Source: Lama guanicoe
Taxonomy: Eukaryota
Direction of reading: 5' to 3'
Assembly: GCA_013239625.1 (NCBI GenBank)
Contig: MU053881.1
Coordinates: 9,633,957-9,697,956 of the forward strand
DNA length: 64,000 bases
Below the pieces are notes generated by a model. It did no database searches and was not told the DNA's origin. It saw only the letters and a list, made by a program, of their open reading frames with translations. How positions within the stretch are numbered: the first letter of the stretch is position 1; each line of letters starts with the position of its first letter. The position numbers were made by a program, and so were the translations under genes. Positions 26,021-38,300 of the stretch are shown piece by piece.

Positions 26021-29000
26021 AAAATAAGTCATTTGTCTTCTTAGTTAAAATCAAATTGTCCAAAAAACATTCAGTATATTGAAATCCAAACGTGAGTAGT
26101 AGACAGTAAAATTATCACGGTGTCCAAGGGCTTAATAAGCATTCAATAACTGTGAGCACTAACCATTATTGTTTACATTACAAAAGCATTTATGATTTAC
26201 AACATTCTTCACAGCTACTACTTCTATTGCAAACTCATATAAAGATGACCACTGAAAACTTGTTAAAATACAGTTTGATATATATACTGTTTTTATTTTT
26301 GCAAAAATGTATTTAAGCGAAGAAAACTTGTAAAGACAAAAGGACTCCCAGTTGAACCATATGATCACATGCTACTGTAACAAAAAATAATTATTGTGAA
26401 AAATAGTTCACTCTATTTATGTAGAGGCTAGGCAATGTTAGGGAAAAAAAGGCAGTGATAAAGACCCCCAAGTGCTCTACAAAAAAATTACATAATCCCA
26501 GTGATACACACACAGGTGGCTTGAATGTCATTTCAATAAAAGTGCCTAGAGGGCACTGATTTGCCATGTTTCTCTGGATCTGTGTGGCAAGCACGGCGTA
26601 TGTGTGGGTATTACTTGTGGGTAAGCACTATTTACTCTACAAATAAATTACTATGTAGCTTACATTGTTAGGGTCGCATGATAGCCCTATAGCTTAAAAG
26701 ACTGAAATAACCATGCATTTATCTTGTCACTACAGGTACTTACAGTGTAATTACAAGGTCAACAGTTACTATGTAATTACGTAGTTTCAACATTGTGGTT
26801 CTTAAAAAAAGAAAAAAAAAAGTACACTGTTCTCCCAGTACCTGCTGGGAGCCCCTATCTCGGCTCCACTATCCTTACTTGAAAATGTGAACAGCTGCAA
26901 AAAAAATCTCCAAAGGAAAATAAATCGAAGAATCTCTATTGGAATGCTAGTTACCTTAGAATTCTATTATATGATGATAGCAGTCAGACCTGTGACATAT
27001 TCTGGTCCAATGGCCTCATTTTGTTGGAGATTTTCTTTTTAAATCTCTTACGGTACTATTCCTAATTTAGAAGATAACTTGAGATTAAAAATAATACAAA
27101 TAGGTGTTTTTGTTTAGCAGCAATAGGGTGGGCTCCTCTATTTAAGTTAATCAAAAGAAAAGGGTGCTAAATCATAACTTACAATATAACAGCCCTAAAA
27201 TTTCAGTCTTCCAAAGTTCAGATTCGAAGTGCATTTCTGTAGGTCTGATGAATAAAGGCATAACTTTTATCTCTAATTTTGGAGTTGGTCCTGTGTGTGT
27301 GTGGTGTGATTAAAGCTCTTATTTGTTTCTTTTCCAATGTATGGTGATTCTGAAATCATGAGTGTTATTAAAGTCTTTTTATAAAACCCTTCAAATTCTC
27401 CCCCTCCTTTATTCAGAGAGGCAGAAGGACACTGCTTTGATAGTCAATATTTGAACAACTCACTCCAAATTTATTATAGGTTACTATCATACAGAGAATA
27501 ATAAAGAATTTTTTAATTACTTTAGCTCATAAGAATGGGCTGATAGATATTCCATCAATGTTATGATTCCCTTGGATGGAGAAATGCTAAATGCTAACCC
27601 AAACAGATTTTAAAACCATAATTACTTGGTAAACAAGGGAATCGTAGCCAAATAATTATTCATGAATACAGATTAAATTCATTTAGATTTTTTTTAAAAA
27701 AAATTCTTATTGAATTCTTCTGTCTGTGGCAAAGCCACTGAGCATAGCACTATCCAAGCAGTATTGCTTCTTCAATATGTTTTGCACAAAAAGAGCAAGC
27801 TGTAGGCAGGCTTTTGCTATAGGGTCTTTCTTCCTTCTCTCTCCAGCAATGAGGTGTGTGTGCATCATATTAAGAGAGGATGCTTGCTCCCTGATGCAGT
27901 GATTCACTGAAAAGCAAAAGCCAGGCAACAGAAGGCACATCCCCACACAGTCAGTTCTCACAACTAAAGACTCACTAGGTTGAGAGTCATCAGCAAGGAA
28001 ACCACTCTCTACACAGACCAGTGCAGAAAAGTCCGCTTCAAAACAATCTCAAGAGATAATGTAAACTAGCCTCTCCCTTATCACCTAATGAAGCCAAGAA
28101 GTTCACTTAAATAGTTGCAGGATTTACCTCCCAATACCTGCTCACAATTGATTTACTGGTGAAGAGCTTCTTCTTTTCAACAGTTCAAGAAGAATTTGAA
28201 CATTTCTTTGTTAAGTCTCACGTTATAAGTGAAGAGAGCAAAAAACAAGCTAAATCTAGGACATATCAGAGGCTGAAAAATGCAAGGTGTAGATGAACAC
28301 GTACAGGATGATGTTTTGCTGTTAAGAAGGAAAATGATGACATAGGGACCACACTGAGCAGAGAGGCTGGGAGGAGGAGACCCAGATGTGCAATGAGGGT
28401 CAGAGGCATCACAGGTCTTCTCTGCGATGATTCAGTACGACTTACAAGAGGGATATGCAGACATTAAACATAATAACCAAAATTATGAAAACACATCAGA
28501 GAGTAAAGCAAATTGGAATAAAGCCTCCATGAAGAAAAACAGAGTATTTCTCCACCTGTTGGGAGCAGAGTTTTCCACTTCGTTGGTGAGAACTCCACTA
28601 ACACAGGCTGTTGGAAATCAGAGGACAGAGAGAGGGGATAGTCTTCAACCTGCTTATTATACAGATGCATGGAGAAAACTACCAACAGCGACACTCTTAC
28701 TGACCTTGCAGTTACTAAAAGTGAGAAAAATGTGTATTATTAGTAGTGTACTGACCCATAGGATCTGACCAAGAAACGATTCACACTGTTTATTCCATGC
28801 TTTATGTAAGTATGCATTTCAATGACTGCTCGCCTTCCTTTTTTTTTTTTTTTTTTTTTGCTGGTAATTTTCAGTATGAAAGAAGCACTGTAGCTTTAAG
28901 TTTTAAATATAAAAAAATGACACTGATTAACCTTTAAAATGGTGCCATTTAATCAAAGCAAGTAGATCTTTAATGGGTTTTCAATGGACTAATAAATCAC

Positions 29001-30251
29001 AAGATTCTTTTTCACCATGGAAATAAATAAAATATTTTGGGGGAAAAAATCTCATTATACCTCTTGGTGTGTCTGTGCGTGTAAGGATGGGCAAGAAAGG
29101 GCACAGAGACACGTGGCAGGGGTCCACACATGGTTATGCCACACGTGACTATGATTTGGAAGGAGACCACTCTGCCTTTTTTCCCAGTGTGTTCTTGATT
29201 CCTTTTTGCTGTATGTGCTCACAAGCAAGGCTGTAAGTGGCTACATTGGATGTTTTAAGGAACTTTGACAAATTTTGAGATGGGGACCAAGAAATGGAGT
29301 TAAGCATCACGTTTAAGACAAGTGACCTTTCACTCTAGGAGAAGCTAGCAGAGAAGATGAGCATGGTTTACTCCCTCCAGTCACCCCTCTGCCAACATGA
29401 ATCCTCCCTGGGCACAAATGAAAAACCAAGCAACCATCAGTCTCCAAAAGTGTGGACTGAAGTCCTTATGTCCAGAGCTGAGTGTGTGGGCAAATAACTA
29501 CTGTTTCACCTCGAGATGCAGCATTCTGTTTGCTCCCCAGGGATGCGCAGGTTGGTTTGAGCACTGTGACAGACCCTCCGCCTGGCTTATGGTGCCTTAA
29601 TGCAAACAAGCTGAGTGTATGAACTGGAAAAACAATGACAGCTTGATAATGATAGACTGGTTGTGCCTTCCCTTTGAACCATGCAGGGATGGAAATACAG
29701 AGTAACGGGATGCCACGCACAATAAATTGACCAACTCTAAAAGGCAACCACAGGACAGGATGAGGAAGGTGGCAAGGTAGGTCTGCAAGTGGGAGGAAGG
29801 AGAAGGGAAGGGAGAGAAGCCACACCTGCAGAAGGGAATGAAAAGGATCAGGAAGGATGTAGGAATGAAAGAGCTCCTCAGCCGGCCCTTAGTGAGAGCC
29901 GCCATCTGCATGCACTTACATGGAGTCGGGTACCAAAGTGAGACCCCTACAGGCGTTCTCTCCTTTCATCCCTGTAACTCAGCTACTTAGTGTCACAACT
30001 TTACAGATGAGAACGCTGAAGACAAGAGAGGTAATAAAAACTTGCTCCAGGACACACAGCCAGAGAGTCAGGATTTATATTCAAAATCACGCAGTTTGGG
30101 TGGGTTTTCCACGTTACTTCCTCTCCCTCAAACAAGGCTGCACCCACGTTATCCTCCTCTGCAGCCTGAAAGCGTGCACTCTCCCTTCTCCTTGTCAAAG
30201 GCAGCTTTCCCTCTGCGCCATTGATCACAGCATCCAGGAACGTCCCCTTTT

Positions 30252-30368
30252 ATTTTTATCTTTTAAATTTTTTAAATTAATTTATTTTTATTGCAGTACA
30301 ATTACCATGTGTCAATTCCTGGTGTATGGCACAATGTCCCAGTCATGCATATACACGCATATATTCAT
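30252..30368 (-). mobile_element. Very short (about 117 bp) L1 3'-terminal insertion with perfect 16-bp TSD
   Basis: T-rich tail plus reversed L1 3' end. TSD aggaacgtcccctttt at 30236-30251 and 30369-30384, with a TT/AAAA site on the minus strand. Confidence 0.93.
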
Positions 30369-30399
30369 AGGAACGTCCCCTTTTAATGTGCCCCCTCAC

Positions 30400-32080
30400 C
30401 TCTAGGTCCAGTCTCTCCCATTCTAGAGTCTTCCTCCCCATCAGTCTCTAACACTGCTCAAATCTGCCCACCCCAGTCCCATTCCTTGACCCCTGCACTT
30501 TCTCTGAACATCACCATTTTGTGCCGGAATCCTTATCTGTACAGTTGACCTTTGAACAACATGGGTTTGAACTATAAATAGATATTTTGTCAATCAACAC
30601 CACAGTACTACATGATCTGCGGCTGGCTGAGTCCCAGGGTGAGAACTTCAGATTTAAAGGGCCAACTATAAAAAGCTATATTCTGATTTACATTTGGGAG
30701 GGAGTTGGTGTCCCTAACCTCCTCATTGTTCCAGGGTCAACTGTACCTGGTTTTTCCCATCTTCTCTCTTGCTTCCGGACTAGACCTCTGCCCCCCATCA
30801 TGCCAGGAACTGCCTCTCCTGAAGTCACCAATACTCTACCTCAATGGACAAGTCAAATGGACACTTTCCAGCACTCATCTTACCATGACCCGAGACTTTG
30901 GACTCATTAGAACACTCTTTCCTTGTCTGCTAAACTCAGCCCGCTGGCTCCCCACTCCTTAGCAGGTTTCTACTGAGGGCTCTTCCCTTCAACATCTCAG
31001 AAATGTTGGTGGCACTCAGAATTTCCCTCGTGTCCTTCTTTTCTGCTGCCTCTCTGGATGCTCACAATCTCTCATCAGCTTCAGTGACTTGTACACACGG
31101 GCAATTCCTTTACCTCTACCGCCAACCTGTGTTTCTCACCTGAAAACCAGAACTGGACATCCCACTGGGTGGGGGACACGAGGACCTCATGGATGAGTGT
31201 GGTAACTTCAAACTGAACATACTCACAACTGAGCGCACTGTGTCCTCACTCCTCTTCTCCACCCCAGTGTCACTTTGTATCCCATGTCATTTATAGAAGC
31301 CAACACTCTGGACATCACCCTTGACACTTCTGTCTCCACAACAGCCTCTTTCTCCTTTCACACAGTTCCCCAGGCCACCAAATCCTCTCTGATAAACCAC
31401 CCTACTTTGTCATAATTCAGGCCCTTACCACTCTTGGCTGGGCCAAGGAGATGGCCTACGTCCTGTGTCCCCAGGCCCATTCCTACCCCTTTCAATCAGT
31501 CCTCTTCACTGTCCAGACAGCACAAATCAGATCATGCTTCACATCTGCACGAGCCCTTCTCTGGATTCCCACGGCCAGCTCCCTTGGCGGGAGTGTGCGG
31601 GACTCGGTTCTGTCTTCCTCTTCAGCCCCATCTCGCCACCGCCACCCCCGCCCCAGGCACCCCATCCCTGTACCTCCTGCGCAGCGGCGTGCTCTGAGCA
31701 TCCTGTAATTTTTCACATCTCTGGATATCCGCACTTTCAGTTTTTCTTCTCCACCTTGAACGCCCTTTTTTTAAAAAAAGAATCTTGCCAGGGAACCACC
31801 TATTTTCTCTTCAGTACGTCACCCAGACAAGACTCTTCTCTGTCTTGAAGCAGCTGTTGGTCTTTCCCAGAGGTAAGCCCTCTCCTCCTTGAATGCAGGT
31901 CCAAGCAGCATGAAGTTTCTAGCATTTACACTTTCCACTGTGTTGTAATGTTATTTTTGCCGGAGTCTGTCTGCCTCACTAGACTTTGAAACCAGAAGCT
32001 ACCTTTTCAATCACTTTGGTATTTCCAGGACGAAGCACAGGGCCTATCACACGGCAGACGCTGGGGAAGTAACTGGTGAA
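30400..32080 (+). mobile_element. Long degenerate L2 LINE (ORF2 3' part and terminus), interrupted by a Tigger MITE
   Basis: Pyrimidine-rich L2 text (aaatggacactttcc...ctcatcttaccatgacc; aaatcagatcatgcttcac) ending in the L2 terminus (ctagactttgaa...tttccaggacgaagcacagggcctatcacacggcagacgct). Confidence 0.75.
30542..30743 (+). mobile_element. Tigger2/MER8-like TcMar MITE
   Basis: TIRs cagttgacctttgaacaa ... ttgttccagggtcaactg with a TA duplication (30540-30541, 30744-30745). Homologous to 14908-15128. Confidence 0.88.
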
Positions 32081-32239
32081 CTCCACCTGCCGTCTGGTGG
32101 AGTTTTCAGTTTTAAGCTCAAGCGAATAAACAGGCAGCCTCAATTATTTTGAAAACAATCAGTATGCCTTAGAAGCAATGTAGCCAGAGAACAAATGAGA
32201 TTTCTTTCGGAGATCAATAAATTGGAAGTCAGAAATGTT

Positions 32240-32378
32240 TAGCTCCAGAACACGTGGTGTCACTGGCCAACCGTGAATCTTGGACAAATCATTTATCGCT
32301 GCTTCATCTAAGCGTTTCACCTGTAAAGTGAGGTGACTAGGATAATCTCTAAAATCTCTCTAGCTCTCAAATATCTAT
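32240..32378 (+). mobile_element. MIR3-like SINE remnant
   Basis: gtgaatcttggacaaatcattt...tttcacctgtaaagtgaggtgactaggataatctctaaaatctctctagctct. Confidence 0.65.
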
Positions 32379-35300
32379 TTTTTTTTATGTGAGGTCATAA
32401 CTGACCACACAGGCAGACATTCAAAGAAAAGAGCTAAAGCAATCTACCAAAAAAAAAAAAAAAAACCAAAACCCTATTTGTTGTAAATAACCAGAGATGT
32501 GCACTGAGTTAAGAAGAAATAACAAATTGCTTCCAACCACCTTCCCAAAGGTACTTATGTAACTGAATCTTTCATACTTAGCTCTAAAAAATAACCCCCC
32601 CAAAACTGCCTTGGAAAACAGTCCTTTGGCTAGGAAATGTATGTCTTTATAGATGCATCAAAGGCCTCTTTTCTATCTTTTCCTTCACATTTTCAAATCA
32701 AGTACACAATCCTATTATTCACGGCCCTAAGTTTCCCCCCCAAAATATCAAATTTGTCTTTGATTCCACAGATCCTGAATATTTATATGCCTTTCAAGTC
32801 AGCATAGTTTGTTGGGGAAAAGAACACAGCTCAGTCACGTCTATTAAATATTAAGTATTTTGCTGCGAAAGCAGATACAGGTACACAGATGTGTGATCAC
32901 AGCCTCTAGAGATACAAACATGATGCTTTCCCCCCCACTTGGTTGCAAATGAGGAAAAAAAAAACTGTGCTAAAAGAAACCTTGCTTAAGTAACATGGCG
33001 AGCAGTAATGCGGTGTTCAAAGGAAATGTGTTTGAAGTTGCACATTACAGCCAAAGGAGCACCACCATAATTCATAGTGATTAATGTTAACGTCAAAAAT
33101 ATTAAAGGAAGTAATAATGATTTGTATCTTCATGTAATGGGCTACCCTTTCTTTGATCTTTTATTCCCTTTGATCAATGAAATTAACGGACAATACATTT
33201 CAAACCAATAAAAGAGGAATTCGTCTTTAGCCAGCACACATTGGTCAGCCTGTGGGAATAATCACTGCATGAGGTCAGAGAGACAAATGCTGAACTGGTG
33301 TGGAAAAGGGATCAGATAATTTTATGACCATTAATAACGTTTGTTGTGCTGCAACCTCATGTGCAGATAAGAGTAATCCAATCATCCTCCTGGGCTCAGA
33401 CTAATTACCTTTGGGATCACAAAGACCCCACCGGACCAGCACCCAGCATGGGACACTTGTGTGCTTTGAGAGGGGAGGAGGTGCTTTGCTTCCATTTCAG
33501 GGCAGAACAAGGTCAGCTGAAGACCTTTAAAGAGCCCTAAAACCTGAAAACAGTTTGGTGCGTCCTCTTGCATTTGTAATTTTTAAAAAATCATAAAACA
33601 CACAATTTCATGCACATGCTGAAATTAAAATGGAGTTTTTCCAGATTCCTTTGGTTGCAAAGTTCCAGTTTTTCCTTCCAGCTGAATGTTTAGAAATGTT
33701 TTGGTGTCCCTGCTTTTGGTGTCCCTTTCTTTCTTAGGACCATGAGCCCTTTCACAATTTACCTCTTTGGTAATTAGCCACTTGGTGGGAAAAGTGAAGA
33801 TGGATTTTCCCACAGCCAAGAAAACCAGGACACACTTGGTTCCCTCGCTCAGGTCCCTAATATCAGAATCTATTTCGGGAGCTCTGCTTCCCTAGGCATA
33901 GGTGGTGGTTGTAGATTTCTGAGATCTTTAGTTAGGGCTGGTTGCATAAATTATGTCCTCTTGAGGGTATCTTCCCAACCAAAGGCATTCCTGAAGACAT
34001 TCCTTATGCATTAATTCCATATCTTGAATGAGATCTGTATCTACACTGATACTAGTCATCAGTGCCAGATAAATGTTGAACACATCCAGGGAACTGCACT
34101 CAGTAAAGGCTGTCTTGTCACAACTTCAATGCCAAGGGCTGAAGAAATGCATAATGTGTAGATGGTTAACTATTTCCACACATGTGGCTATCTGTTTATT
34201 GTGCTCTGCTCCCCTTTCTCCAAATGCCTGATGTGTCACAGAAAAGAAAATGAATCTTATTAGTATCTAATAACCTAAGGGTTACTGAAAACTGACCAAC
34301 ATGTTGCTAAATCATTCTACCCACAGCTCTCAGCAGCAGGAAACCGTGATTCTCCTAATAGACTTATAATATACAAACAGAATTTGCTTCCATAAAACTG
34401 CAGGGGTACAGCTCTAGTTGGCTTTGGTGTGAGGAAATTCATGATCATCAATAATTTATCTCAAAGATTCATTAAAGCTCAATGTATTTATAGCCGTCTA
34501 ACTACAGTAAAATAAGATTCATAACCATCACTGGAGGAAATGTTATTCATATAATTTTCAGCATTTATTAAAAAACATTGTATAGATTTTTTTTTCCCTT
34601 TGCATGGAAGCTCAGTGAAGCCTCTACAAGGAAAAATAAGTTTTGGGAAGGAAGAATTTTCCAGATCCGGATTCAGAGACAAGGACTATAGGTCTAATTA
34701 TAGACAGGTAAGGTCTCAAAGATTTCCTTTAGCCCCTGCGAGTGTTTATTCTCATAGGAACTGTGGCATCTCACCTGTGTTCTGCCAACTCCTTTGCTGC
34801 CTTCTGTGTTCCTGACCCTAATTCCACAAGGTGATTGTCGTTCACTCTCTCGGTTTAGTGTTTAGCTTCACAAGGCCGTGCCTCTGACCTGGGGACTTCA
34901 CTTTCAGCCTCCTGCCAGCCCATTTCTCACTTGCCTAAATTGCTAGCCTCAACTTTGAGACTCATATCCAAGCTTACCTCCTCTGGAAACCATTTCTGTT
35001 CCCCGGTTTTGACAACGGAAAGGACTGGGGTGGTAATATACATTGGGAATGATCTGAAAACTGGAAGAACCCTTGAGATCATCAGGATACTGGGTTCAAG
35101 AAAGGATGGTAGGAGAAGAATTGAAGACCACGAGTGAAGAAAGCTCCTGGGAAATTCTGCTGTAAAGCAGATCAGTGGGGGGTTAGGAAGACCGATGTGT
35201 CAGATAAAGCCACGCGTGTGTGTTTTAATGCAGTGAACAGCATGTTTGCATGTTTAAAAATACTTATGGAGGAATGAATGAATCCTATAAGCCCTATTTC

Positions 35301-38300
35301 TGCTGCCAGGAAGAAGGCTGTGTCTCTAGGCTGACTGATGAACTCCTCTTGTAAATAGCAGGAGCAGAAGATTATTAGTCTCAATTTGGAAACTAAATCC
35401 CGAAAGAGCCATGCAGAACACAGACAGGCCTTCAAACTTGACTCCACTCAACTGAGCGGATGAAGACTTGTGCTTCTTTTTTTTTTTTTTTATGACAATG
35501 AAAGATTAACTTCTGTATACAGAAACTTCACTTCAGAATCTTGCGTTATTTTGGTTACAGAAATGCTTATCACTTCGGAAAACTAAATCTTTACAGTGAA
35601 ACCAATGCTGATACGGACACACGGCTTCACACATCAGAGATGCACAGATGTTTCTGGTAGCACCAAATCAAAATCTGTTGGGGCTTCAACCTTCTATTTT
35701 TGTAATTAATACTGCATCTGTCCTCTGTTTAGCGTCCCTTGGCTGGCTACCACAGCCGGAAAGGCGAACACAATCCAGCTACAAAACTGCAGGATGGGCA
35801 GCTGCCATACTGGTCGTGGTGGGACACATGTACCACTGCAGGGGCTCTGGGTGCAGGTGCCCAGCCTACGTGTGGCAGTGGTAACTGCCCAGCGATGGCA
35901 GTCCGGGTTCCTGGGCACTGCCTCTTCAGCAACACGCTATCAACATCTAGAACCTCGGTGCTGGCAAGGGACACCAAGGTATGCAATCTGAGATTGCCCC
36001 CAATGCAGGGCTCCCCTGCAGCATCCCTTGTTATCAGCCAATCAGTCTTCACTTGCAACTATCTAGAGATGGTAGCTTACTCTCACAGGAACACCCATTC
36101 CAGGATCTAAAAACAGCTCAGAACACTTTAAAGCTGTCGTTTGATTAGTGCATCATCTATCTTCCTAGAATGCGCCCAGTTTGCTTCTATGAAGACACAC
36201 AGAATTAGAGTCCTTCACCTACAAAACATGAAGCTAGGTGCCAAATTCTTTCACTTTTACACACTAAATACGTCCCTTGCCCTTATATTCGCTCCTCAAG
36301 GATCTCGGATCTCTTATCATCCTGTCCCCTTCTCCTGGTATTACATTTCCTGCTGAACTTCTCCTTGGCCAGATCTGGACTTCATTTCTACCAACCAAAG
36401 AGACAAAGAGTAGGTATCAAATAAAGGCTGGGTCTGCTGACTCCAAGGAGATTCTGAGCTGCTGAACTGAAAGTCTCATCACTTAAGTTTATATTCTTGG
36501 TCATCTCTAAAAGGAAAAAAGGTAAATGTTAGGTTGAAAGGGCAGAATTACACCAGGTACAGGTGGAAACAAATTAGACTTGACCATCCCCCTCATGTAA
36601 GCCCTTTCTTGCAGTGGTGGCTTGTCTCTCTCTTTAAGGACAACCTGGCCTGACCCCACAACTACTCTAACCGCTCTGAGATAATAAAAGTCCGTCAGTG
36701 ACTTTCAGTTAACTAAAATGCTTTTCAGTTAAAAAAAAAAGTCTTCCAGATTTAAAATGTCTATTCCAAGTTAAAACTCCAAAATTCATTTAAAGATAAA
36801 TTATTCCCTCTCTCCTCCTTCAGTTCCGTTTCAAGTCTAAACTCCACGGTCATGGAGAAGGGCCACTGCCATCCCCTGAATGGCAGAACAGCTTGCTCTC
36901 TCTCTTCTCCCCCCATTCCTAGCTTCTCTGTCTCGATTTCTGAGCCTTACAGACCTGGAGCTGGGAAGCAGAGAAGGGGTAAAAGGTAGAGGGGACATGA
37001 CCACTGACTTGACTAGCATTGATTTAACCTGGCCGTGGAGTCCTGTGGTCGTGAAAGATGTCTGATGCTCGACTGCTGACTCTTCAAGCATTCCTCCCAC
37101 ACCATCTCCGTCACAGATCGCCCAGGGAGGCCAGTGTCCCCATTGACTGCTTCTAGCAATGACTCTCAGTCTTCATTTCACAATACAGCCCCAGGCTCTT
37201 CTGTGCCTGTCTTGCCTTCCAAGAGCTCTCCTTCAGGAAAGTTTCTCCCACAAAGTCCACAGGAAACATACACATCTTTCCCTTCACCAGGACCCAGGAG
37301 CACAGGCCATTCTAAAAGAAGCCCCTCTCCCCACTCCCGGATCTAAGTCATGTCTCTCACCCCGTCTTCTCCAGGAATGGTCCCAGCACCAGACTCTATG
37401 CCACAGAGACAGCGGGGGATCCGGGTCAGTCACTCTCTGAAGACTTGCTCAGTGGGCCTGGGGAGAGAGACCTCTCCTTGCCCCTTCATAAGACCCTACA
37501 TTGCCCTCCCAGAAATCGCACCCTCCATTTCCACTTTTCCTACCAGTTTCTGCCGCCTCTTTAACAGGAAAGGTGGTGGTGGTGTAAAAGTAGCAAAACC
37601 AGTTCTCAGGCATTTCTTCTGCAGGTTTTGCATGGTTGGCCTGGGACCCTGTGCTGGAACGAGAGCAACTGGGACCGAAGGCAGAAAGCAAACACAGAGA
37701 TTCCCTATGGAACTGCCTGCTACAGACTGGCAATGGATCTGTAAAACATCCTTCTTGTCTTTGAGCATATTTGAAAAAGTCTCTAAATGAAGACCTTAAA
37801 AACAAAAAGCTTCAAATCATAGAACTTAATAAAAACAATAGCAATAAACACAAGTGACTCACAGCACCTGGGATCAGCCAAGGAAAATTTTTTCCAGAAA
37901 CCATCACCAAAGTGCCTCAAGAAATGCAATGATCATAACGTAACTTAAAACTTGTAGAACAAGGATACGGAGGTGCTGTTTTCCTACCGAGGGGAAAAGA
38001 GCAAAGTGGGAGGTAATTTGCTAAAATCTTTCTCAAAATGCAAATGTCCTCACGAGTCCTGAAGAAACCAATACACCTTCCCATATATATAAGATGCACT
38101 CTTTTTTTTTTTTTTAAATAGAAACAGGATTCACACACTCTGCTTTCCAAACTGGATTCCGAGTAAGGGAGAAATATTTTGACAATGGAGTTGAGGATCA
38201 CAAAGCAAAATAGCATTTAAATGGCAAAGCATGTTCAGTGTGGGAAGGTCAGCCTGGTCTCATTTGATATCTTCATTAATGGTCCAGACCAGAGAAATAA

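Noticed and set aside
27707..28768. 84- and 113-aa ORFs and a plus-strand acceptor at about 28183
   Set aside because: No recognisable domain and no good matching donor.
29920..31848. Cluster of longer ORFs (up to 161 aa)
   Set aside because: They run through MIR, L1, Tigger and L2 remnants, so they are chance open frames.
36400..36520. Strong minus-strand acceptor (ccttttttccttttag) followed by ATG
   Set aside because: Runs into MIR-like sequence and has no convincing donor.
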